Source of the DNA: Vermamoeba vermiformis
Lineage: Eukaryota
Assembly: GCA_045837725.1 (NCBI GenBank)
Contig: JBEWZL010000098.1
Coordinates: forward strand, 248,001 to 312,000
DNA length: 64,000 bases
Direction of reading: 5' to 3'
Of this stretch, positions 39,039-51,404 are shown in pieces. The notes beneath the pieces were generated by a model. The model saw only the letters and a program-made list of their open reading frames with translations. It had not been told where the DNA came from and searched no databases. A program made the position numbers and the translations under genes. Within the stretch, counting starts at the first letter, position 1, and each line of letters opens with the position of its first letter.

Positions 39039-40848
39039 TTAATACCAAGCCCAATGCTCTTTGAACGGCTTTGGATCAAAACATGCTGTGCTTCTGTTAC
39101 TGTCAAATTCTTGTTCTTGTTTTTGTAAATACTCGCGCTTCCATGCCTGGCAACATGTGCAGTCACTGCAGTCAAATGGATCTTCAAATCTCTTGTCGTA
39201 CCAGTGCCACTCTTTAGGTCGTCTGAGTGTTGTTGGTAAGTTGTAGCCGTGATAAATTCTCGTGTTCGGAAGCTGCTTTGACAACTCGATGATGTCTTCT
39301 TGTGTCGAAGATTGAACACCAGAACTGATGTAAGTGTTCTTGAAACTTTGAACCAGATCCAAGACGTTGAGTTGTGTGAACTTGGCGCAGTAAGGCAGAA
39401 TACTATTATCAGTGTATTCTATCTTCATCTCTCGTAATGTATCGCAGTGTGCGAGCTGTTTGAGGTACTTGGGCAGTGTAGTCTTGCCGCACCTTCTTCC
39501 GTGTTCTGAGGATAACCACTCAAATCGAGTAATATTCAAGTTTGCCAATTCACTGTTTGCTGCGCCACAGTCGCGATGAGCAAACGATATAGAGGCAACG
39601 CGTAGCACTTGTAGACTCTCGGGAATGTTCATTATGGACGTACGTGTTAAGTCCACCAAATGCAAAATTTCCAAATTGATCAATGGACTGAGGTCGATGT
39701 CCATATTGGATATTCCTGACAGTGTTAACTTCTTTAAGGCATATAACCCTGTAAAGTCCACAAAGTCCACTGATTCAATTGTATCAAAGGAAAATCCGTC
39801 CAACAGAAGCGTCTTCAACTTTGGGTAACTTCTAAACTCCAGTGGTTGAGGCCCATCCTCCAGATCACCTGTGCAATACAGTGCCAGCTTCGTCAAATTA
39901 GGTGCCTTGACACAGCTCTCGTATGGAGCGATCAACCGTTCTAGTGACGGCAGTATTTGAGATGCATTGATGAGAACGTTGTACAAGTAGAGCGCCTTGA
40001 TGTGATCGAACTGATCGGCATACAGTACGTTATCATGCAACGCCGTCGTAAGGTTTCTTTTCAACCTAAGCAAGAATTACTCGTGCATTCGATCATTGAT
40101 GGCATCGTAAGTACTTACGATAATTTTTTCGCATTTGCAAGAAGGGCACTCTCAAAGACAAACATCTCACCAAACGACTCTGCACTGACGCGTAACTGTG
40201 TTAAATGAGTGGCTGATTGCAGTCTGTCGAAAGATTCTTTGGATATATCTTGGCTATCCAAGTCCAGTTTTTGCAGTCGTGTCATGCGCGTCATCGCTTT
40301 GACCCACGACTCGTCCAAATATCGATTGGTTTTGTGATCAGAAGACCTCAGAATGCAGTTGTTAATCGTTAAGGAGGTCAGTCGCGTGTACTGCGTGGCA
40401 ATGACGTCCATCGGAATAGTTGTGGCGAGGCAGTACAGCGATCGAAGTACAAGCTTTTCAACGGACTTGAAGTACTTCAATAAGCCGAGTTTGAGCTTGA
40501 TTTTGGAGCTTGAATTGACGTAAATGACTTATCGTACTGCTGAGGCTCCATTGAGCTGTCTCTATTTTCGATGTTAATATAGTTGAATAATGGATAAATA
40601 TTATTACTAAACGAATACGTCACTGGGCCTGTAAGTTGCAAGCTTTCATCGATCTACAAACTTATAATTAGGCGACTTGAGAAATTGAAACTAAACAATG
40701 TTACTGACCAATTCTCTATTTGGGCGGTCTGTTTCACCGCTGGCTAATAAGGCAAACCGGTTCAGCGAGGCTGCATTAAGAAAAGAATTAATATTATATT
40801 TAAATGTTAACGGCGAATGGAAGTCTGCCGATTGTAGGTACCTTGCAT
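39039..40848 (-). pseudogene. LRR gene paralogous to 48481-50805; internal deletion with frameshift (pseudogene or truncated LRR-only product)
   Basis: The 5' exons (MQASLNRFALL...GPVTYSF...HLRQFKLQN) match the paralog, then join out of frame at 40499/40500 to IKLKLGLLKYFKSVEKL. The LRR exons remain open to ...KEHWAWY*. Confidence 0.75.
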
Positions 40849-41954
40849 GGCGCACCTCTTCTAATGCTGGTAATTAGATTATTTAATTCTTTGCTTTTAA
40901 CGGTTTTTTGTCCACAACTCCACAAAAAACAAAACGGAAAGAGTACAGAAGGACTATTACCACAACTATTCAGCTCGGAAACGATCTATTTAAATCAAAG
41001 CGATCGGTTTTAGGAGTCATTGTACGGATTTGTGGATCAGCTGATAGATTAATAAATCCCGCTTGGTGGCAGCGTTTGCCTAAAGAATTAATGGTAAGAA
41101 ATATCCAGAATTATTAGCAGATATATATATCATATTTATTTCGAGGGAATTTTACCGTGTTTATCATAATCATTTGCGTTACGTTCAAACGATTAATAAC
41201 GCTCCGGATTTCACTTTGTTAACGTTTATAAAAATAAAAGCTAATTAATTAGCTTCCAATTATAAATAATGGTCAAATGGAGTTGTGGTCGAAAGAGAGC
41301 AGATTCGGTCATTTTGTAAATAACTTGTTCGTCAAGTTTCTGTTATTTCTAAACTTGCGAATTTGTAAATTACAATCTCCTCTGTTCTGGTCTGGGAATA
41401 ATCCTACACTCAAAATGCGAGCATTAATGCTGCCAAAAATGACACGGAGCGACAGAATAGAAGCCAACATGTTGCCAGTAATTAGCCTTTGATCAATAAC
41501 TTGGATACAGTATGCCAATAATACCTTTACTGCTGTGTTAAACGAAAAATCCGAGGCGCATTATTTCAATTTGTTTTGATAGAATTTTTTTCTTATTTAG
41601 AAAGCTGAAAAGCAAGCGTATTTAAGTAGTAAAATATATGTCATGTCTAACTTAAAATTAAAGAATATAAATAGCAGCGAAAAGTAATCATGGCAAGCGG
41701 AACTTAGCTCGGCGTGTTTTCTTCTTGCGACCTTGACATCGTGAGGATTGGCCACCATTATAAATATGATATACATTTCCGACATGCTCCAGATATATGA
41801 GACCGAATTCGCCCAGTGAGCGGCCTGGATCTCCGACCTGACAACTTAATTTTGCCATTTTAGGCGTTCCGTTGTCACACGTCGTGTCTGACGAAGCCAA
41901 AACAGTAAGTGATGTTAATCAATTCCATTGTAATTCTAATAAGAAGCAGCACAC

Positions 41955-44900
41955 ATGGCAAGTTCTCTCTGTTTGACCCTCGTAGTTGGGTTGTGCCTGA
42001 TCGCTGTCATCAGTGGCGAACTACGCTACAGCTATGGATTTGCGGACTCTGCAACACGACTCAAGGAGATGAAATACACCACCGGTTCCTCGGTTAAAAT
42101 GCCCTCTCCTTCAGCGAACTACATGATGCGATTGTATCCCACTCCCGCTCCACCAACTGGCGGTGTTGCCTATTATCAGACACCTGTTACCTCTGCTCAC
42201 AATGGCTTCATTTCAAAGTTCACTTACCTGCCGTCAGTCTGTGATAGCATCAACAAAGGTGGTCCTGGTGGGTAAGTTTGTTTCTCCGGATCAGTTGTGA
42301 ATTTTTTGATTCATCTTTTAAAGATTCTCCTTTTTTCTCACTACGGACAACATTACTGCTAACTGGGGGCCCACAACTCAGCCAGACGAGTTTGCGTTGA
42401 ACTCATTGAACAACGTTGTGATGGCAGGTTACAGTCAAACTTTCAACGAGTTCTTGTTGTGCAGCTGGAAGTAAGTGGACTACATTCCCGGCATAAATAG
42501 CTAACGGAATTACTAGCTCTGCCCCACGTAACAGCGCACTTCGTGATATTTGTCCAAAGCTAGCGAATACGAGCCCGAAGTATTCATGCGCGACCTTTAA
42601 CCAGAGCGAGTCGTTGTCAGCCTCTTACGAGTTCAAAGTTATCTACGACAGAAAGACACTCAGCGTAAGTCCTCAGCTAAAGCTTTAACCCTATAGTTTA
42701 TAAACTATTCGTCAGATCTACGTTGGAGACGAGCTCCAGTTCTCTCAACCTCTTAAGCTGGCAGCAGCGCGTTATACGATTGGATTTTCGGCAAATACTG
42801 GTTCTAGCTACACGCTCTTTAAGCAACAGATTACTAATTGGAATTTCACTTCGTTCGACACACCTGTGAGCGATAGCTTCGAGTACGATTCGCAGGGGAA
42901 TAACGATGATAGAATCAAGTTTCAATACATCGGCCAAGCAGCCCTTACAAGTGATTCTATTCAATTGCTCTCATCGAGAGAGTACACTTCCGGTGCCTTC
43001 ATTACCACAAGTGCAGTTGCTGCTCATCGCGGTTTTCGCACTCGGCTCACGTGGGTTGCTTCTGAGTGCTCGTACGTCAAGATCGATTTCCTCTTAGTGA
43101 ACTAACGATAGCTAGTGGTGGTCCCGGTGACGGCTTTGCATTCTTTTTGACACCGAAGTACCCGTCGCCAAATGATATTCTCTACTCCTACGGCAATACC
43201 CTTGGTGTCACGAACTTGGACAATGCGTTTGCTGTTGGTTACAGCGCCTTTCTCAGTGAAATTCGCGCGTGTAACTGGTAGGTGCAATCAAGTTATAACA
43301 CTCGTACTGACAAAACACGATCCTAGGATCGAAGATCAATCGGCCTGTCCAAGTGCTACCTGCTTGGGGAAGCCGTACACAGGAGCGTTTAGCTGCAACA
43401 CTACGTATTACGTGGATATTCACTTTCGTGACCAGGAATTAAAGGTCCGGCTGCTTGTAAATCAATACCTTTTTATAACAAAGTTAAATAGGTGTACTTC
43501 AATCAAAGGCTAGTCTACCACAACTTAACCAACATCGCGCTGACACCTGGTTTATATTACGCGGGAGTCACAGCCGCTAACGGAGAAAAGTTCATGCGTC
43601 AAGACATCACCAGTTGGTCATTCGATCTATGGGAGAGCTACAGCCAAGGCTTTGCCGGCAGCAATACTACACTACTTGAGACCTTTGGAAGCGCTTCTGC
43701 TTCATCAACGGAGTTATTATTAACAACGAATCCTCGTGGAGGCATTGTTGTGACGCGTGCACAAAGTCCTGTGTCGAGGGGCTTCAGAACAACCTTCACT
43801 TTTTCACCGGACTATGTGGGCAGTGCTGGCGGGTATATAATTCTTGCTGATGAATTGACGTTTGTTTCTTATACTTTTTATTTAGTATCTCTTTCTTCCT
43901 ATCCGAGACATATCCAAGTGCCAAACAGTTGAACGATTCATATGGCAATGGCTATGGCATCAGGACATTGCCGAACACTTTCGCTTTGGTTATTGTATTG
44001 ACCGGGACTCAGTCTGTCAAACAAGTCACGCATTACACCTGTCAATGGTAAGATAGACGTGCTTCGGCTATTTCTAATTTGATTTGCAACAGGGATACTC
44101 CACTCTCTTCTGCCAATTTCCCGGGCGGATGCGCCCATGGCTTTTCCGTGGGAACTATAGGAAGGAGAGTGAAGCAACGATACAGCATTCAATACGATTT
44201 TAACACTTTAGAGGTACGCTCGCTTGATTTAAAAGTTGACTTATCTAACATATCGCTGTTATGAAGGTTTATATTAACGAGTCTCTGGTGCATTCATCTG
44301 CCCTGAGTTTGGACTGGGAGAGCTATTACGTTGGTTTTACCGGCTATGGCAGTAGTTATTACCCTGCTATTTCACTTTGGCAGTTTAACTCTAGTACTGA
44401 TGACGCCATTGATAAGAAGCTATTTAACACCTTTGCGTCGAGCGATTTCCTGCCTTACTCTGACGCCTCTGTTGTTCCTACTCAGCTGCAGCTTACAGCC
44501 CCGAATTATACAAGTGTTGGTGCGGCTATTCATTCTAACAAGTTGTTTTCGTACCTCGGTTTTCAATCCAAGTTCAACTACATAGCCACTTCTTGTACAA
44601 ACAAGAACGCGTCGTTGCGTGGTCTACCAGAAGGGTACGTACACTAATCGAATTTGCTGGCAGTGTAATAACGAAAAAAAAAAACAGTTTCACGTTCTTC
44701 TTATCGAATGACATCCCCTCCGCTAATATGGTTGCATCATCGATTGGCACTGGTCTTGGTCTGCTTAGCATACCAAGTCTCGCACTAACTGTTGGCTACG
44801 ACAATGTTCAGAACGTGTTCCTACGTGTGCAACTGGTATGTGCCGTGTATTACTACGGGGAGTATAGCTAAGTCATTTGATAGGGACACGGCGAGCGCTA

Positions 44901-46028
44901 GCTTTGCAAGCACTTCTACCTGCAAGAGCTATCCTAATGCGGGAGCTGCGTACTCGTGCAATGCGACCTATGTTTATAGCTTGTTTTACGACAACAAAAT
45001 GTTGCAGGTATGACTGACTGTTGGTATCTATTGTTGTGCATCCATTAACGTGAGTGCACAGGTGTTCGTCAACAACACGTTAGTAGTTGCGCATTACGTG
45101 AAGTTGGCCGGTGTCGAATACTACGCAGGATTTACAGCTGCTAACGCCGATGATCAATTTGCGCAACAATCTATTACCAACTGGGTCTACACCTACTATC
45201 AACCATCGTTCGGTGAACAATTCAACTTTGTCTTTTCAGAAGGCGTAGATTTGGTCACCCTTGGCAGTGCCAATATCGTGAACGCCAAGCTTGTGCTGAC
45301 CAACACCTCTGATCAAGCTGGTGCAGCGTTCTATCCGCACCTGCTCCACCCCGAGGCTGGCTTCAATTCATCGCTGATTTTCTTGCCAATCAATTGTGAT
45401 CCTGTCTACAACGGTGCTGATGGGTATGTTCACGTCACAACCGAGAGTAATTATTGACGCGTGTCACTATAGGTTCACACTGTTCTTTACGAAGCAATAC
45501 CCTGCCGAAGAGCACATTGTTGCATCTGCAGGTGGCCTAATGGGCATACAGCAACAACCAGATGTCTCGATGTTCGCTTACAGTGCCACCTTCAACGAGT
45601 TCTTCATCGCTAACTGGTTCGTGTCTGTTACGTAACGATGCAATGTATCTAACACAATATAGGACCACACCGACCACAGACTTGCTGCGCTGGTTCGGTC
45701 AAAACATTCCTAATCCCCAACCAAAGCTCGCTTGCAATGGCATCTATTACTTTGACATCCTTTACGAGCGCAACACACTCAGCGTACGCAAAACGTTTGT
45801 TGTTTAAATTTGCTAACGTGTTCGAATAGGTCTTCCTCAACTTCAACTTGGTGCTCACTGCGCCCATGTACTTCGATCCCGTTGGCTACTATGTGGGTCT
45901 GTCAGGTGGTACTGGCGAGGGCTACTTTTCACAAGAGTTTGGCACGTGGCGCTTCAATTCATGTAAGTCCGTTCTTCCATTGAAACTAGCGTGTTCTAAC
46001 TCGACCTCAAACAGATGACAGCAACTAA
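41955..46028 (+). CDS. Secreted protein with five tandem L-type (legume/ConA-like) lectin domains
   Basis: Signal peptide MASSLCLTLVVGLCLIAVISG; five repeats of G.A.Y..P....GF.S.F / G.DGF.FFL / YY.GFTA...Q.I..W.F; no transmembrane segment seen. Confidence 0.82.
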
Positions 46029-46171
46029 ATAATCGGAGTTCTTTATTTCATAGCAATGGTAGGAAATAGCATAATAAAATTGATCGCGGTTGCGTTGATC
46101 AATATTTGCAGATTATTTCTATCTATTTTCATGCACCGTAATCTTAATTAATCAGCAAAACAACGACACAA

Positions 46172-48336
46172 ATGATAACAACAGTTAGAGTACAGAATGC
46201 TATAGAAAAAGGACCAGGAACACCGCTGGAAGTGGATCTGCAGGAAGGAATACAAAAGTTGATAGAAAAAATTCACCAGCTTGAAAATATTCACGAATCA
46301 ACCAACATTGAGTTATTTTGTGCTAACGGGGACCCACTTACATCGGATCTATGGTCCATTGAACCAAACAGCATCATTCGTTACACCGAGATACAAACCG
46401 ATGGTAGTACAAATAGAAATTAGCATTGAATGAACTAATTAAGATATTCAGATATTTTTGAAATTGAGAAGCAGCGGTTCGAAAAACAATCGGATGCGTT
46501 CCGCAGTTTGGCTGAACTTTACAGCGGCTGGAAGACAGATAAGGTGAGACAAAAACATATATACGATCGTGTTTTAACATCATTCAGGGTATTGATGTAA
46601 TGAATATCCAGTCCAATGTTCCTCAATTTGTCTCGCTTCCTGAGTTGTCGCACAAACCTGCGTACTTCGAGGCACGTGACCGATTTGTTGTGCGCGATTG
46701 TGTACTTCGGTTGTTTCGTGGAATTGAAGAATGGAATCAGCACTCAACCGAACAAAGTGGAAGCTATATTGCTGGTCCTGAAGGCGTTGGCAAGTCAACG
46801 GCACTGTATTTCCTGTCGTGTATTGCCATGGCCCTGCATTGGTACGTCATTTACCTGCCACGCTGCGACGAGTGGATTGCAATGTCGTGCACCGAACTCA
46901 ACACCATTCATTATTTTGCCGAGTGCGCTGCTGCGTAAGTCTCGAGGTCACTCCAGTCAAACGTCTAGTCATTAATTTTTAATTAAGCGGAATTGCTCCG
47001 TTTCGAGGCTCGACGAAATCTACGTGGCAACTCATGTTGTCGAACGTAGTACAAGCCACGGATGTTAGTGTGGCCAAGCAGCGTTTGATGGACTTTATCG
47101 AAGATCTACAACGCTATGATGGTCGGGACTATCCAATTCTGTTGGTGTTTGACGAAGCACACGCACTGCAATCGGCGGCTGTCCAATGGAACGGACTAGC
47201 AGCGAGAGAGACGTTCCCCTTCAACATTGCCGCTACTTTCAACGCCATACTATTTCAACGAGGGTTCAAGTTGATCAGTGGCAGATTTGAGAGCGCAATC
47301 CGATCGTTCATGAACCCAACAGCTAGTGTGCCTGTTCAACGATTGGTTCCTTACTCGTACGATGAATTCAAGTGCTTGTTGGACACCACATTGTGCCCTA
47401 ACGTCGTTCGTGAAGCACTCAAGCAGTATCCAAGGTACGCACATGACAAACTAATGGCTGAATTGACACTTTTGCGCAAAGTGAAAAAGAAGTGCTGGTT
47501 CGAAAAGTGATTCGTGTGACTGGTTCAGTGCCACAGCAACTGTTGGTGATGAAACAGTTCGAAGAGAAGTACGATCACCTGAAGTGTCAAAGTGTCAAAG
47601 ACGCGTTCACTGAACTGCTTGAGATTCATGAACGACAAATGGTTTCTTTGTATCTTGAACTGCACGTGGATTACATAGCGCAGTTGGACGCGGAGGAAAA
47701 GATGCACTTTCTCGACGCTGTATTGAAGGTATTGCTCGGTGAACCAGGGCCAATAATGGACTTTTCATCAGCGTACCTGGACCGATCGTTGATTTACAAG
47801 CGCGATGATGACACTTTTGACATTTTGACACCTGTTGCTGGCAAGGCGATCAGTTGTGTGTTTAAACAAGAAACAGAAGTCGCTGAAAAATTGTTGTCGA
47901 CTTACCGTGAGAAGGTCCTTGACAATACGGCTTCAATTGATCTGCGACTTCGTTCGCTGAAACAATTCGTGTTCGCAAAGATAATCAGAGCCAGCTTCAA
48001 AGTCACCACAAACGATGGCAAAGTACTTTACTTGCACGCGGATAACGTGGCGAGATTGAACGAGGGTCTAATACGGCCATTGGAGGTGCCTAGCAGTGCA
48101 ACTTTGTTTGTTTCTAAAGACAGACCGTAGGTGCCTTTGCTGTGTGAATAGCACTTATTGACAATGGCACTAGGTACGAAGTACTGCTGTTTGATGCTCA
48201 GGCACAACGTCCACTTGTAATTAGGATCGCCCTGCATAATGATGATCCGGATGATGATCTCAATGAAGACGAGATCCGTCGCAAACTGCAACGACAATTA
48301 CATGAACACGGCTATCGTATACTGATTTATGTATAG
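46172..48336 (+). CDS. Crinkler/RHS-type protein: Ubl-like N-terminus, P-loop NTPase, degenerate C-terminal domain
   Basis: Walker A IAGPEGVGKSTAL, Walker B LLVFDEAHAL, post-NTPase VTGSVPQQL; N-terminal about 77 aa with Ubl-like pattern (IQKLIEKIHQLENI..IELF..G.PL). Confidence 0.7.
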
Positions 48337-48480
48337 CAGAGCATGATATTTGATACAATGCCTGTCAAAGTGTCGGCTCTTGACATTTTCTTCTCAGGCC
48401 GACAATATGCATCTTCACAGCTCGGTCCAATCTATGGACTCGTGATCATAAATGATACAATGTACTTGATATTTTATTGT

Positions 48481-50805
48481 TTAATACCAAGCCCAATGCT
48501 CTTTGAACGGCTTTGGATCAAAACATGCTGTGCTTCTGTTACTGTCAAATTCTTCTTCGAAATAGCCTCGTTCCAAGGCCTTGCAAAATTCACAACCACA
48601 CTCAAATTCCTCCAAATCACTATCTTCCAATTTCTTGTCGTACCAATGCCCTTCTTTGGGGCGTTGAATGGTCGTGGGCAAGTTGTAGCCGTGATAAATT
48701 CTCGTGTTCGGCAGCTGCTTTGACAACTCGATAATATCTTCGTGTGCAGCCAGTCGCGTGGTCATGTACGTCGTAGCTTTGGAACTTTGAACCAGATCCA
48801 AAAGTTTGAGTTGCGTGAACTTGGTGAAGTACGGCAGAACGAGCGTATCGACATATTCAACTTTCAACTCCTGCAATGTGCTGCACTGTACGAGCTCGTC
48901 CAAATATCGCGGCAGTACCTTCACGATTCTGCCGTGCTTCATTTCCCGCGAGACTGAGAGCTCGAAGCGAGTGACTTTCAAGCTCGCGAGTTGGCAAGGA
49001 GGCCCGCCCTCACCGTGGCGATTATATGTTATTCGTAATACTTCTAGATCCTCGGGAATATTTTTGATGGAGTTCGCTTGCGGTTCGACCAGATGCAACA
49101 GCTTCAAATTGATCAAGGGACTGAGATCCATCGTGACGTGGCAAACTGACAACGTTAATTTTTGTAATTCGATTAAGCCAGAAAAATCGATTGAATCGGC
49201 TATTCCATCCAGCAGCAACGATCTTAGCTTGGAAAACGTGCTGAGGACTGGTTTGATGATACCGAACACATGCCGTCCAGTGCTGTAGAGCGCGAGTTTG
49301 GTCAAGTTAGGCGCGTCAAATGCAGTGCTGCTTGGGCTGTAGGGTGCAATCAAGCGTTCAAGTGATGGCAGCGGCACTTGCGGACGAAAGTCGACCTCGT
49401 GCAAGTAGAGTGCCTGGAGCTGATCCGACATCGACGCTCAGAGTCGAAAAACGTCTGGATTTCATTCTACAGTTAATTGTCATTAATCAGTACTGCCTGT
49501 GCCTTGACACGTGTCAACTCTACGTACGATAATTTTTTCACGCCAGCAGGGACAACACGCTCCTCGATTGTGTTAAACGTGGTACTAACACGCAACTGTG
49601 TTAAATGCGTCACTGAGTTAAGCATCTTATAGGAAGAGCTAGATATATCTTGACAGTCCAGATCCAGCTTTTGCAGTCGTGTCATGCGTGTCATCGCAGT
49701 GACCCATGCCTCGTCCAAATGATTTATCTCGCTGTGATCACGCGGGTCCGACAACATGCAGTTGTTAATCGTTAAGGACGTCAGCTGCGTGTACTTGCTG
49801 GCAATGAGGTCCATCGGAATAGCAGTTGCGAGGCAGTTCAGCGATCGAAACACGAGCTTTTCGACTGACTTGAAGTACTGCAATAGACCTAGCTTGAGCT
49901 TCATGCGGTGATATTTGCGCCAGTGAGACCTTGCAATCACTACTGTTCTGATAAAACGTTTGTTAGTCCCGCAAAAAGATGATGCGACACTTACTTTTGT
50001 CTGTTCGCAATGGCGTTGAAAATAGCTTTCGAGCTAAGCATGAACTGAAATAAGTCTGGTGCTCCAAGTTCTGCACTGATGAGCGTTATTAACTCCTATA
50101 ATAATAATTAGTGTTGGTGAGACGCAAGTGATGATCAGACAACTCTTACCGATGGAAACAGTGACAAGAGACTCGCTTGACACTCTGAGCCCCAATGACC
50201 GATGCGATGGCAGTAATAACACTTTTGATCGGCTGTGAACGTTGTTAGGTGCGTCAAAATCAATCTATCAACTTGTTACCAAGTGAGTTGGCGACACGTT
50301 TTATCGTCGCATTGATCTTCATTTCATTTGTGATCCAGTGCAGCACTTGTTTGGCTTGTGCTTCGTGTGCAAAGCGAAGAAATATGGTGCCTTAGAAATC
50401 GCTTGAATAACGCCTCATTGGTTCATTCGTTGTTACAATGCACTTACTTCGCTTATCGGCGGTTATATTTTGCAATTTGAATTGACGCAAATGAAATATT
50501 GTGCCATCGAGGCTCCACTGTGATGTTTCTGCGCGTCAATATTAAAATCAAATGAAAATAATAAATAATATACTTACCAAACGAATATGTCACCGGTCCT
50601 GTCCGTTGTAAGTCTTCATCAATATCAATCTATTTAAATAATTTTTCAATTACAACATTTTTGAATTCAAGATCCAAATTGCTGACCGTTTCTTTTTGTG
50701 GCTCTGTAGCACTATCGATGTCCAATGATGCAAACCGATTCAAGGTAGCTATTACAACAAAAATTATGAGCTGAGGTTGAATAAAGGAGCGGTTGTACCT
50801 TTCAT
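48481..50805 (-). CDS. Zinc-knuckle / F-box / leucine-rich-repeat protein
   Basis: Spliced CYYCHRIGHWGSEC (CX2CX4HX4C, 50180-50221), then LLSLFPSELITLISAELGAPDLFQFMLSSK (F-box-like), LRRs (LTSLTI, LQKLDL, LERLIA, LTKLAL) and a CxCxxC-containing C-terminus. Confidence 0.78.
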
Positions 50806-51404
50806 TTGTGGTTATGGTTCTCAAGTCTTATCAAATTTAACGACTACGTAAACAACAAGGGCTCCACAACCACAAAGTGCATTTTTGCCGAATTTGGATA
50901 ATTTTGTGGGTCACGAAGGCTGATAAAAAAGAAGGATCAATTTCTGATGTGCACGGATCTGAACTGATTACAAAATTAATTAGACGGTAAATATGTCTCA
51001 TACGTATTTCTACTTACCTTTCATGGCGCAAATTTTCAGCATTACGTAACGTAAATAATAATTAATTTGAATCCCTATTTAGTTTATTCGCCGTGCTTTA
51101 CAATTTTAGAAAATAATAAAAACTGAGGTCAATTTTCGAATATTTAACAAAAAAAAGTTTAAATTCCTCGTCAAATTTGCCAGATTCGGGCAGTTACACA
51201 TGATCTTCCAACCGTAATTTAAAGTATACCCTCGTAATCTCGGCATTACCTCAGGGAATAATCCTGCACGACTAAAAATGCTAACAAATGGATTTCGATC
51301 CGAAAAGTTGCTTCCAAAAATAACCGTTTTGACACGTTGGTGATGACACTTTCTGGCGTATGTTTTTAAAGAGACCACGCAAAGGAGAACAATAAGAGGT
51401 CACC

